From contig PMWA01000067.1 in NCBI GenBank assembly GCA_003166335.1, forward strand, positions 39,450-67,970: 28,521 nucleotides of DNA. The letters run 5' to 3'. Below the pieces are notes generated by a model. That model was not told the origin of the DNA and ran no database searches. It worked only from the letters and a program-made list of their open reading frames with translations. The stretch's first letter is position 1. The number at the start of each line of letters is the position of its first letter. Of this stretch, positions 8,634 through 18,746 are shown piece by piece. Position numbers and translations under genes: made by a program. Source of the DNA: Methanobacterium sp. (GTDB lineage: Archaea; Methanobacteriota; Methanobacteria; Methanobacteriales; Methanobacteriaceae).

Positions 8634-9359
8634 TCACCCGTACCTGCTCAATATGGCTTTTTTCTGTTCTTCGGAGATTTTTTTACATCCATTAATTGCT
8701 AAATCTAAAGCTTTCTCAAATTCTTCACTGGTTAAATGCCCATCACTCTGTAGAAGGGTGATTTCTCCAGTACGAGGCATAATGGCGATGGGCATATCTG
8801 CTTCACCTTCCTTATCCTCCGTTTCTGAGAGATCTAGCACTACCTGGCCATCAGCCTTTCCAGCGGCGCAGGAAACTATTATATCTCGCATGGGGACTCC
8901 TGCATCTGCTAGGGCTACTGACGCTGCTGTTATACCAGCGCATCTAGTGCCTCCTTCCGCTTCTAATACTTCTATAAAAACGTCTATGGTTGATCTTGGG
9001 AATTTTTCGAGGAAAACTGCGGGTGAAAGTGCTTCTGAAGTTATTTTTGATATTTCCACTGATCTACGGTCTGGTCCTGGTCTTTTCCTACCATCCACGG
9101 AGAATGGTGCCATATTATATCTGCATCTTAAAACAGCACGGTTAGGCTGCATTAACCGTCTTATATGTAGTTCTCTTGGGCCATAAACGGCTACGAGGAT
9201 TTTATTTCCACCTAATTCTAGGTAAGCTGATCCGTCAGCCCTTTTTAAAACTCCTGCCTCTATTTTTATTGGTCTCAATTCATCGAAAGCTCTACCATCA
9301 GCTCTTTTACTGGTCTCTATACCAGTGCTTAACTCATTATTAGTTATAATAGTAATCAC
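8634..9359 (-). CDS. rrp41: Exosome complex exonuclease Rrp41
   Basis: [34 protein letters not shown] and DMPIA catalytic motifs. Confidence 0.98.
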   Translation of the reverse strand: MITIITNNELSTGIETSKRADGRAFDELRPIKIEAGVLKRADGSAYLELGGNKILVAVYGPRELHIRRLMQPNRAVLRCRYNMAPFSVDGRKRPGPDRRSVEISKITSEALSPAVFLEKFPRSTIDVFIEVLEAEGGTRCAGITAASVALADAGVPMRDIIVSCAAGKADGQVVLDLSETEDKEGEADMPIAIMPRTGEITLLQSDGHLTSEEFEKALDLAINGCKKISEEQKKAILSRYG

Positions 9360-9361
9360 CT

Positions 9362-10108
9362 CTATTGAATTAACTCTTCTCCATCTTCTTCCTCTTCTCC
9401 AGTTTCTTCAGTTTCTTCTTGTTTTTCTAAGGGTTTTTCTTTGCCGAGCAGTTCAAAAAGCATATTTCTCACCCTATCAGTTAATCCGGAGGTGTGTGCT
9501 TGTTCTTCAATCATATTTATAACTTTTTCAGCTACTCGTTCCATGTCGGGTTTTCCTTTAACCCATACTACACCGTTTTGCCCCACTGTCACTTCACATC
9601 TAGTCTCATCCTTAATCATATTGATCATGGATCCTTTCTTACCAATGAGTCGGGGTACTTTGGTAGGAGTGATGTTAATCAGTATTCCGCCTCTAAATTT
9701 ACCTAAACCTCGGCCTTTAAGGCCTAATTTAACTTTTTTTACTTCATCCACATCTACTACTCTTAAAAACAAAACATCTCCAACATTAAATGCTTTGCTT
9801 AAATCTCTTTTTTCTTTTCCAAATACATCTGAGGCAGGTAAAATTCCAGAGTAAGGAGAATTTATATCTAGATTCCACATGGAGAATCTGATATCTGTGA
9901 TTTCACCAATAACTACATCTCCTCTTTTAGGTATATATTTACTCTGTAAAGGTATTACACTAATATTTTTATCTCTTATGGCCACTAAACCTACAAGAGA
10001 TGATGTTATCTTATTATTTTCCTTGAAAGTTCCTCTTCCCGCATGATAATCCTCATCGGCTAGAATATCTCCAGGAATAACTATTTCTTTATCTTCTACA
10101 AATATCAC
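9362..10108 (-). CDS. rrp4: Exosome RNA-binding cap protein Rrp4 (S1+KH)
   Basis: [32 protein letters not shown] and AHTSGLTD motifs. SD GGAGG at 10120-10116 favours GTG at 10108. Confidence 0.97.
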   Translation of the reverse strand: MIFVEDKEIVIPGDILADEDYHAGRGTFKENNKITSSLVGLVAIRDKNISVIPLQSKYIPKRGDVVIGEITDIRFSMWNLDINSPYSGILPASDVFGKEKRDLSKAFNVGDVLFLRVVDVDEVKKVKLGLKGRGLGKFRGGILINITPTKVPRLIGKKGSMINMIKDETRCEVTVGQNGVVWVKGKPDMERVAEKVINMIEEQAHTSGLTDRVRNMLFELLGKEKPLEKQEETEETGEEEEDGEELIQ

Positions 10109-10157
10109 ACTCTGGCCTCCTAAATGCACAAAAAAATAAGATTATTTTTAAGTAGCT

Positions 10158-10853
10158 TTATTTCAATAATTTAGTTTCTACTTGTCCATGAGTAAGTTCA
10201 TTTAGCTTCCTATAAAAATTATCCTGCACACCACCCGGTATTTCCACTATAGCTACCCATGAACCATCCTGTTGCCACTCTTCTTTTCGGGTCTTGCCAA
10301 ATTCAGGTATCACATTATAAACCTTACCCGAGAAATCTCCCGGTATTTTTATAGCAACCTGCACTCTTTCAAATCGAATTGGTATTTTAATGCGGATGGC
10401 TTTAAGAACCGTATTAACCTGTTCATCAACACTTTTAAAGGGATCTATATGAATTTTAGCTTCCTCCATGGCTATTTCTATTCTCCTAGCCGGATGTGGA
10501 AGTTTAGTTTGGGGATTTATAGCTTCCCTAGTTATGGTAGCAACAATCTTTTTCCTTTTCTCCTCCGTCATTTCCTTTCGCTGCTGAGCAGTTAGCTGTA
10601 CATGTCCCTTCCTAATTATAATTGCAGCAGCATCAAGAATATCCGTGGTGTTAAAGGCCTTCATCATAGCCTCTTCAGATGCCTTATCCCCCTTATTAGC
10701 ATCCTTAAAAACTTCTTCCACAGCGAGGATTTCTTGAACTTCTATTGCTTCACCCCTCTTAAAATCCGCTGCCATATCCGGATCTACCAAGATCTCAAAA
10801 TGCTCCCCATAATATTCTAAACGAGCTATAACTGCATCTTCGAGGCTAATCAT
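10158..10853 (-). CDS. Ribosome maturation protein SBDS/Sdo1 homolog
   Basis: [28 protein letters not shown] and [10 protein letters not shown] motifs. Confidence 0.97.
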   Translation of the reverse strand: MISLEDAVIARLEYYGEHFEILVDPDMAADFKRGEAIEVQEILAVEEVFKDANKGDKASEEAMMKAFNTTDILDAAAIIIRKGHVQLTAQQRKEMTEEKRKKIVATITREAINPQTKLPHPARRIEIAMEEAKIHIDPFKSVDEQVNTVLKAIRIKIPIRFERVQVAIKIPGDFSGKVYNVIPEFGKTRKEEWQQDGSWVAIVEIPGGVQDNFYRKLNELTHGQVETKLLK

Positions 10854-10856
10854 TCT

Positions 10857-11609
10857 CTATTCCTCTTCTTCTTCCTCCTTAGGTTTCCTAATAAGGAGTT
10901 CTTCTACATGATCCACCAAATCATCATCACTTAATTTTCTGAATTTCTTAGTTTCACTATCTATAACTGCTATTTCAACGCTTTCAACTGTAGTTTTACC
11001 TTCAGTAGCCTCATAAACAGCATCTAAAGCTAATTCCATTGCTTCTTCCAAATTCATATCGTCCCTGTATTTCTTTTCAAACTCTTCCATGGCCATAGCT
11101 CTTCCAGAACCTATAGCTGTAGCTTTATATTCTATTAAAGCACCGCTTGGATCTGTCTCAAATAACCGAACACTAGTATCATTCACTCCACCTATTATAA
11201 GAGCAGAACCGAAGGGTCTCACACCACCATGCTGAGTATACATTTGTTTCAAGTCACATATTTTTTTAGCGAGACTTTCCACCCGTATAGGTTCATTATA
11301 AGTTATACGGTTAATTTGAGCCTCCATTCGAGCCTTTTCAATAAGGTTTCTGGCATCAGCCACCAATCCAGATGTAGCTGCACCTATATGTTCATCAATC
11401 TTGAATATCTTCTCTATGGATTTGGGTTCCACTAGTTTACTAGTCGGTCTTTTATCAACTACCAGTACTACTCCTTCAGTGGATTTCACGCCCAGTGAAG
11501 TTGTACCTCTCTTTACAGCTTCTCTTGCATATTCAACTTGAAAAAGTCTTCCATCTGGACTAAATATAGATATACCCTTATCATATCCTGCTGCTGGAAA
11601 CGGTTGCAT
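10857..11609 (-). CDS. psmA: Proteasome subunit alpha
   Basis: [24 protein letters not shown] signature. SD GAGG favours ATG 11609. Confidence 0.98.
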   Translation of the reverse strand: MQPFPAAGYDKGISIFSPDGRLFQVEYAREAVKRGTTSLGVKSTEGVVLVVDKRPTSKLVEPKSIEKIFKIDEHIGAATSGLVADARNLIEKARMEAQINRITYNEPIRVESLAKKICDLKQMYTQHGGVRPFGSALIIGGVNDTSVRLFETDPSGALIEYKATAIGSGRAMAMEEFEKKYRDDMNLEEAMELALDAVYEATEGKTTVESVEIAVIDSETKKFRKLSDDDLVDHVEELLIRKPKEEEEEE

Positions 11610-11857
11610 ACAATTATACCTCACTTTAAATTTTTTTTACATTAAATAACAAATTATTTTTTTTTAAATGAACTTTAATTATAATAGTTGAATTTAGGAT
11701 ATTTCTAAAAAAATGATTAAATTGTAAAATTTTATAATATTCTCGTTTTATCTATTTTTAATTTATTTGATTTCTAAAACATTAAATTTTTGTAATTTTC
11801 CTAATTTATTAAAGCAGCATATAATCTATATAATAATATTTAGTATAAAAAAGATTC

Positions 11858-11874
11858 GACACATTTAATGTGTC
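11858..11874. promoter_or_regulatory. Perfect 8-1-8 palindrome, candidate operator or terminator
   Basis: GACACATT-T-AATGTGTC in an otherwise very AT-rich spacer upstream of psmA. Confidence 0.45.
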
Positions 11875-11910
11875 AATCAAGAAATAAACTAGAATAAAAT
11901 TTTTTAAAAG

Positions 11911-12216
11911 TTACTGATGGATAGCAAAAGATGCATATATTATTATAGCCAAGTAAAAAACCCACACAGCTATTGAAATTAAAATATAATCCATTCCCTT
12001 TCGTTTAACAGAGCATTCCGGACGTGTGTATAAATACAAACCAGCTATAATAGCTAAAGGTAGGAAGATGAAAATTCCAATTACTGCCAGTATCTTAACT
12101 TTTTTATATATATTTTCATTCACTTTCCCTATTTTACAACCACACTCCATGCAATAAACTGCATCTAATGGGTTTTCTGATTGACATTCAGGACATTTTA
12201 TTGAACCATCAGCCAT
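11911..12216 (-). CDS. Zinc-ribbon domain membrane protein
   Basis: CPEC-x10-CMECG N-terminal zinc ribbon followed by two hydrophobic helices; SD GGAG. Confidence 0.85.
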   Translation of the reverse strand: MADGSIKCPECQSENPLDAVYCMECGCKIGKVNENIYKKVKILAVIGIFIFLPLAIIAGLYLYTRPECSVKRKGMDYILISIAVWVFYLAIIIYASFAIHQ

Positions 12217-12333
12217 AATATTACTCCAAATAAATTATTTTCTTTATAAAATTGATTATATTGTTCCGACGATTTTAAGGGATATTAGTTTATTCTTATC
12301 AAAAATGCATATAAAAGTTAATTATTTTTTAAA

Positions 12334-12702
12334 TTAAAGTTTGTTATAAATAAATTTTTTTGTAGCTGAATGTATACTTCCCGAAATCCCTAGTGTGTGG
12401 AAAACTACCCTACCACTCTTAAAACGTGTTATAGTTGGTATTATGGATCTAACTGAATGAACTTCTTCTCTCTTACACCTTAATATTCCCTTCATCACAT
12501 GTTTCTCGGGAGTGTCATAATTCCATATTTTAATTACCCATAAATCAAAACGGCTGATACCACAGGAACCATACATATCCCATAAAGCCCCCCAAATGAT
12601 GGGTATCACATCTTCTCGGTTAATTAGCGTCTCTGATATAACTTCGAAGGCAAGATATCTCTTTTTATTCCGCATATGAGGGGGTAATATTTTAAGTTTC
12701 AA
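12334..12702 (-). CDS. rnp2: RNase P protein component 2 (Pop5/Rpp14 family)
   Basis: LPPHMRNKKRYLAFEV, GILRC and TLGISGSI motifs. Confidence 0.95.
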   Translation of the reverse strand: MKLKILPPHMRNKKRYLAFEVISETLINREDVIPIIWGALWDMYGSCGISRFDLWVIKIWNYDTPEKHVMKGILRCKREEVHSVRSIIPTITRFKSGRVVFHTLGISGSIHSATKKFIYNKL

Positions 12703-12806
12703 ATTTAATTCCTCTAAAAAAATTCATTTCATTATAAATATTATTCAACTAAATTCTTCATAGTTTAAAAAAAAACGCGGAAAATATTAGAAGTTAAATA
12801 TTTAAA

Positions 12807-13493
12807 TTATTTTATAATCCGAGCTCCTTTCACTACCACATTACTCGATATATCCCTTCTCTCAATTATATTCCTGGGAGTTTCAGATAAAGCAAAAGAC
12901 GCTTCTTCCTCGTTCATTCCAAAACAGTAAGTTAATGCTATAATATCAAGGGGAGTATGTAATTCAAATATTGAATGAGCACCACTAGTAATGATCAAGG
13001 GAAAGTTGAACTTCCGTTGCAGCTTTAATATTTCCCTATAATACCCTAAAACTTTATAACGGTTTTGAGGTCTAATTCTAAGTAAATATCTAACATTTAA
13101 TTCCACAGCCACCTTGTTTTCTGCTGCTTTTCTGGCTGAAATATGGTTAATTCCACAGTCTCTACGTCCACGATAAGGATGGGAAATTATATCTACTCGA
13201 GGATTCTCACAGGCGGCTCTATTTATTCTCAGATCACCACCATAAACCATTAAAACATCTGCTTCATTACGAGATTTTTGAATCTTTCTTTTAAGATCCT
13301 CTATGTTATTAGAATAAATCATCACTCCCCATCTAATTTGAAATGATGAATCCTTCCTTAATGATATTAAATCATCTGAATAATCCTTATTTTTATTTTC
13401 TTCATGCTTAAATGTTACCACACCAGTATAACCCAATCTTTCAACCTCGTCCACAAGTTCTTGACTTTCATGGACATGAAAATCGAAAAACAA
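12807..13493 (-). CDS. rnp3: RNase P protein component 3 (Rpp30)
   Basis: DFHVH, GGDLRINRAACENPRVDIISHP and IITSGAHSIFEL PHP-like motifs. Confidence 0.95.
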   Translation of the reverse strand: MFFDFHVHESQELVDEVERLGYTGVVTFKHEENKNKDYSDDLISLRKDSSFQIRWGVMIYSNNIEDLKRKIQKSRNEADVLMVYGGDLRINRAACENPRVDIISHPYRGRRDCGINHISARKAAENKVAVELNVRYLLRIRPQNRYKVLGYYREILKLQRKFNFPLIITSGAHSIFELHTPLDIIALTYCFGMNEEEASFALSETPRNIIERRDISSNVVVKGARIIK

Positions 13494-13919
13494 TTAATTC
13501 ACAACCAATAATTTCCGTACAAGCTTCATAGCAGGCTCTTTTTTGGCGGGATATGCTGCAATCTTAATTTTAACATGAATGGAATCACCATGTTCTACAA
13601 CCTTCAATTCATTTAGATAAGCCTTTTGCTTATCAAATCTGAGGAAAAAATTTCCTTTATCATCCATCTTCTTCTTTAAATCCCTTAAAATCCCTTTTTT
13701 ATCATGAACCCCTAAATTATCCAGAGTTTCGATGAAATTTTTTATATCTCGTTTTTTATCAATTTTATCATGTAAAATGAAAACGGGGGTCTTATAATGA
13801 CCCTCAATAACTTCCCTTTGAATTAAGGAATTTGGAAAAAGAGTTTTAATAGCCTTTTTCACTTTTTCCTCATTTTCTGTTCCATAAACAAAGGCTCTGT
13901 AGGAAATGTTATGAATCAT
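13494..13919 (-). CDS. DUF54/UPF0201-type putative RNA-binding protein (superoperon member)
   Basis: YGTENEEKV, EGHYKTPV, FFLRFDKQKAY and KIAAYPAKKE motifs; lies between rpl15e and rnp3. Confidence 0.88.
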   Translation of the reverse strand: MIHNISYRAFVYGTENEEKVKKAIKTLFPNSLIQREVIEGHYKTPVFILHDKIDKKRDIKNFIETLDNLGVHDKKGILRDLKKKMDDKGNFFLRFDKQKAYLNELKVVEHGDSIHVKIKIAAYPAKKEPAMKLVRKLLVVN

Positions 13920-14470
13920 TATCCTGATCTAACCTTCTCAGCACCTTTACCCTTATTTCTAAGACCTCTTGTTTTCTTTCCTTCACTGGTAAGGCCCCTA
14001 AAGACACGACGGGTATGTTGGCTTTCACATATCCAATTTATGTTAGAATCATTCTTTATTGATGGATGATTAGGATCCACTAATATAACTTCGTAGAATT
14101 TGAATTTTCCATCCTCCCAAACCCAGTAAGAATTTAAAACCTCCAAGTTAGGATATTTTCTAGCTACCCTCTCCTCAGCCATTCTTTTAATAGATTTTTT
14201 AGGAGTGATTTTAATTACACCCATCCTTTTAGGCTTCCTACCTGCTTTGAATCTGGATTTTCTTCTTCCGCCTCTGCGAACGCGGGTTCTTACCACTATA
14301 TATCCTTTTTTAGCTTTGTAACCTAAGGATCTTGCCCTATCCAATCGGGTGGGTCTTTCTAATCTTTGAATTACGCTTTCTTTTCTCCATTGCGGAGCTC
14401 TCTTCTGCATTAACTCCTTAATGTAGGAGTTATCTGGATTTTTCCATGCCTCTCTAATATATTTATACAT
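13919..14470 (-). CDS. rpl15e: 50S ribosomal protein L15e (eL15), 183 aa
   Basis: [38 protein letters not shown] and RVFRGLTS motifs. SD GAGGTG favours ATG 14470 over the 14548 call. Confidence 0.98.
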   Translation of the reverse strand: MYKYIREAWKNPDNSYIKELMQKRAPQWRKESVIQRLERPTRLDRARSLGYKAKKGYIVVRTRVRRGGRRKSRFKAGRKPKRMGVIKITPKKSIKRMAEERVARKYPNLEVLNSYWVWEDGKFKFYEVILVDPNHPSIKNDSNINWICESQHTRRVFRGLTSEGKKTRGLRNKGKGAEKVRSG

Positions 14471-14473
14471 TAA

Positions 14474-14568
<95 letters not shown>

Positions 14569-14590
14569 GTGATCAGTATTGGGTTGATAC

Positions 14591-14598
14591 CTTTAAAA
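14591..14598 (-). promoter_or_regulatory. Putative TATA box of the rpl15e superoperon
   Basis: TTTTAAAG about 23 nt upstream of the first leader hairpin, preceded by an A-rich BRE-like stretch. Confidence 0.45.
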
Positions 14599-14651
14599 AG
14601 ATTTTGTTTTTTTTAGAATTATATTAAATAATTCCTTACATTGCTTTATTA

Positions 14652-14858
14652 TTATGAAAAATTAGCGTTTTTTAATTTCGTTACATCAGCTTTAAAATGA
14701 TTCTTATTTATCTGACTTAAATTCTTTTCTATGGATACTGTTATCGGATAACCTTCAGCTACTAATGCTATCAGCTTAATAGCATCCCATTCCTTATATG
14801 GAACTTCTTTCGGAAATTTATGGGCGTCAGTTACATTTTTTATATTCTGTAAGTTAAA
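14652..14858 (-). pseudogene. Start-less 68-codon reading frame, probable 3' remnant of a gene
   Basis: Open between TAG (14861-14859) and TAA (14654-14652): FNLQNIKNVTDAHKFPKEVPYKEWDAIKLIALVAEGYPITVSIEKNLSQINKNHFKADVTKLKNANFS. Composition is more coding-like than the flanks; no ATG/GTG/TTG. Confidence 0.45.
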
Positions 14859-14946
14859 CTATCGAATTAAAATAAACTTTATAGAAATAATATTATTGAA
14901 TTAAATTTAGGAATATATAAAGAATATAAAAAAAGGTTTGGGAGAG

Positions 14947-15297
14947 TTAAATTACTCCTCCACCACAAACACACTCATCATCTTCTAACTCATATAATAT
15001 GTTGATGGCCTTCATGAATGCCGGTTTCCCCGCTATAAGGAGCACTACCCGGAATACATCTACTATTTCATCCTTAGTCGTGCCGAACTCCTGCATGCTA
15101 CTCATAATCTGTTTTTTAATTGCTCTGTCATCTGAAAATGCTGCGTTTATACCTAAAGCTATGAGTTTCTGTGTTTTATAATCAAGAGCTTTTCCAGTGT
15201 ATGCTACTTTATTTAAACTAACATTACCTTCATAAAGGTCAGGATAGTCTTCTTTAATGTATTTCATTCCCTTACTATAAAATACCTCTTCTTTCAT
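14947..15297 (-). CDS. Carboxymuconolactone decarboxylase (CMD/AhpD-like) family protein
   Basis: ALDYKTQKLIALGI...GTTKDEIVDVFRVVLLIAGKPA helical pattern; SD GGAGTGA. Confidence 0.85.
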   Translation of the reverse strand: MKEEVFYSKGMKYIKEDYPDLYEGNVSLNKVAYTGKALDYKTQKLIALGINAAFSDDRAIKKQIMSSMQEFGTTKDEIVDVFRVVLLIAGKPAFMKAINILYELEDDECVCGGGVI

Positions 15298-15709
15298 TGT
15301 TTATCACTCCTTGTTTAAATCCTAATTATATTTATGTCATTATTCTATTATAATTTTACCTAAAGAGTAAACATAATCAATTTATCAAAAAGATAAAATT
15401 AGAGTTAATATACGAAATCAATCATAAAACCTATAAAAGTTAATTAAGAAACATTTTGTTAACTTTAAAAAAATATAGTAGAATGAGTCAAATTTTTATT
15501 TATAGTCATAATTCTATTTAAATGTAGGATTATAATTTAATAGATAATAAACAAAGATTTATCTAGTTGATTGCCTCAATTTAACCTATTTTAAATTATT
15601 AATTATTTATTATAAGTTTTTTAAATTGAATTCAGAATTCATATCTTATTCACAATTAAGATAAAACTTCAAAGCAAATGTTTAAAAAAAAAATGTATTT
15701 ACCTCATAT

Positions 15710-16177
<468 letters not shown>

Positions 16178-16796
16178 CTATATTATTTTGGATTAATTTG
16201 GAAGAATTTATTTTGAACTTAATCTTAGTATATTGTTTGAATTTAGTTAATAAAAATTTTATGTAAATGGAATAATTTCCTAAAAATTAAAAAATATAAT
16301 AAATAATCAATTAGCAAAATGGATAACTTCTTATAAATTCATCCAACTTTATTTGATATTAATAAAACTCATTTGTTATTAAATAAAGGAGAATAAGTGT
16401 GAATCTAGGTTTATAGTCACCAACATTATGATTTATAATTGGTGTAAGTAGCCAAATGATTTCACTTTAGATTATCGTGTTTTAGATTATTTTAGATTAA
16501 ATAGAGTTAAACGCAATTTAACAACAATTACACGATATTTATTTTATAATAAAATTGTTCTTACATCCTAGTTTAATATTTAAGAGGGATGTATAGAATG
16601 GAAATTGGAAAATTAAATGTGTTTTATATAAGCACTGATCTTAAAATTACTGTACCATTCTTGATAAAAAAAGTCTTAACTCCATCTATTTAATTTTATA
16701 TCTTTTTTATGATTAATTTAAATTAAGCTTCGCTAAAACTTCAGATAGAGTTTCACATTTATTCATCTTCGCAGCGGGACCTGTAAAAACAAATTC

Positions 16797-16840
16797 AAGG
16801 ATGAGATTAAAAAAAATAATTTTTTAATCCAAAAATCCTT
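16797..16840. terminator. Hairpin downstream of mch
   Basis: AAGGAT...GATTAAAAAA-loop-TTTTTTAATC...ATCCTT nested inverted repeat about 20 nt after the mch stop. Confidence 0.45.
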
Positions 16841-16861
16841 TTTTTTATACTAATATAAAAA

Positions 16862-17824
16862 TTATAATCCAAAAGACTTCATTAAGAGTTTATTATTTAT
16901 ATATCCAGTTCTGAAAATCTCGCCAGTCCGAAGGTCATTTATAACTACTTCCGCAGGAGCGAACATACCCTTATCTATCTTATAAAAATCAAACTCAGCT
17001 TCTTTAAAAACATCGAAGAATGGTTTACCATAACCAGCCGACGCGGATGATGGTAATTTCTCAGCCACTGATTTAACATCGTCTCCTTCCTCTGATTCAA
17101 CATAATAGTATGTTCGACCACCAAAGAGCACTGCATCATTGGTTTTACCCATTGCTTTTAATCCATCAGGGTCTACTGGAGCTATAGGAGCTATACCCGC
17201 CGCATGTTTCACTTTATTTACATCAAAGTGCAAAAATTCTAACATTTTATATGTCCCATTTTCCACTACACGACCAGATATTTGGATGGAACCCACCAAA
17301 GATGAAGTAGGAGCCACCAACACATAAACATTCTCCGGGGAAACCTTAGAGTCAGATGCTATGACTTCGGTTACATCCGCTCCAGGTAACCGATCTGCTT
17401 CCAAGGTTAATATAGCTAGATCAGCCTCATCTTTATATCCTATCTCTTTATATGTTTCAGCAGGTTTTAAAGCCAGGGCTCTAGCAGGACCGGAACCTAG
17501 GGCAAAAAAATCTCCTACACTCACAGACCAGCCTGCTTTCTGCGAACCCAAAGTAGATATTGATGGGAAATCTGTTTTTATTTTAACTGAAGGTAAAGCA
17601 AAATTTTCTGAGAGATCTCCCGGTATAGAGATTCCTACATCTGCTAGTCCACCTAGGCAAACCTTAGTGTAGAGTTCACCTGCCTTGAAGCTTCCCGCCA
17701 CATTCACACCAGCATCTATAACTGTTGAACCGTTGTCCAGTACATCAACAGCTAAGTTAAGTTCATCCGCCTTTCTTATCATTAAATCTACTGTTTTTTT
17801 TGCTTCCAGATTGACACTTACCAT
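16862..17824 (-). CDS. mch: Methenyl-tetrahydromethanopterin cyclohydrolase
   Basis: LGSQKAGW, ALGSGPARAL, QISGRVVE, AMGKTND and DFYKIDKGMFAPA motifs. Confidence 0.98.
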   Translation of the reverse strand: MVSVNLEAKKTVDLMIRKADELNLAVDVLDNGSTVIDAGVNVAGSFKAGELYTKVCLGGLADVGISIPGDLSENFALPSVKIKTDFPSISTLGSQKAGWSVSVGDFFALGSGPARALALKPAETYKEIGYKDEADLAILTLEADRLPGADVTEVIASDSKVSPENVYVLVAPTSSLVGSIQISGRVVENGTYKMLEFLHFDVNKVKHAAGIAPIAPVDPDGLKAMGKTNDAVLFGGRTYYYVESEEGDDVKSVAEKLPSSASAGYGKPFFDVFKEAEFDFYKIDKGMFAPAEVVINDLRTGEIFRTGYINNKLLMKSFGL

Positions 17825-18071
17825 CCTTTTTCACCTCAAAGTGTATAATATATAATAAAATACAAAAAATTGTACGTAAATGACTCTAGCTATTTATTCC
17901 TTAATTAATTTACGATTTAAATTTTTGAAGAAATGCTTAAATAAAAAATATTTTTATTCAAAACAAATATGAATTACTTATTTTCTAAAAAACGTTTTTT
18001 ATAGATTCTATTAAAATTAAATAAAACAATTTACTACTCCATTATAAAAAAATAATTATTTAAGGAATTTT

Positions 18072-18746
18072 TCATGACTTTATTATATCATTTGCATCAT
18101 CAAAATTAACTTCATAAATATGTGCACTTATAGAGTGAATGGTAAGAGTTCCCACCTTCACTCCTAATTTTTCTGCAGCGTAAATAGCTAAATTAGTAAG
18201 TCCCACCGCATTTGGCAGCCAAGCACCATATATATCATGTGAACGCCATAATCCTGTCGTATTCAGCTTATCATCCCTTATTTTGAAATCCACCAGGATC
18301 ATGCAAGGCACTTCATCATTTTTGGTATCAATAGTAGGATCCCATGTCACGGATATTGCCCTTCTTGACTCTTGACAATTCTTAAGTCTACTAATTGCCT
18401 CTTGAATTTGATCTATACCCTTAAAATGCTTACGAAGTCTGTTACCATAAGTATACACAAAACCTTGCTGATCCTTACTAAGAAATTGTTCCGAGTATTT
18501 CTCAAGCTTCTCGCCACTCCAGAAATATCCTTCAGGCACTCTAATATTCTTTATTTTAGTCATATTACCTAAATAATAATCTGTCATCGGTTTTCCGAGA
18601 GGATTACGGATGTTAACCATTATATTTAAAAGTTCTCGAGTTAAGGAACCTCTTTCATCGTGTATTTCCTCTCCTTCATCCATGATCTTTTTTACGAGTT
18701 TTATCCAACCATCTGCTATTTCATTTTCTTCAATTAAGAGAGCCAT
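18072..18746 (-). CDS. thyA: Archaeal-type thymidylate synthase
   Basis: YTYGNRL, SRRA, VPCM (catalytic Cys), RSHD and SAHIY motifs. Overlaps the upstream gene by 13 nt. Confidence 0.95.
   Translation of the reverse strand: MALLIEENEIADGWIKLVKKIMDEGEEIHDERGSLTRELLNIMVNIRNPLGKPMTDYYLGNMTKIKNIRVPEGYFWSGEKLEKYSEQFLSKDQQGFVYTYGNRLRKHFKGIDQIQEAISRLKNCQESRRAISVTWDPTIDTKNDEVPCMILVDFKIRDDKLNTTGLWRSHDIYGAWLPNAVGLTNLAIYAAEKLGVKVGTLTIHSISAHIYEVNFDDANDIIKS

Noticed and set aside
9362..10880. Glu-rich low-complexity tails of Rrp4 and PsmA
   Set aside because: Acidic tails are common in euryarchaeal orthologs and are not a repeat element.
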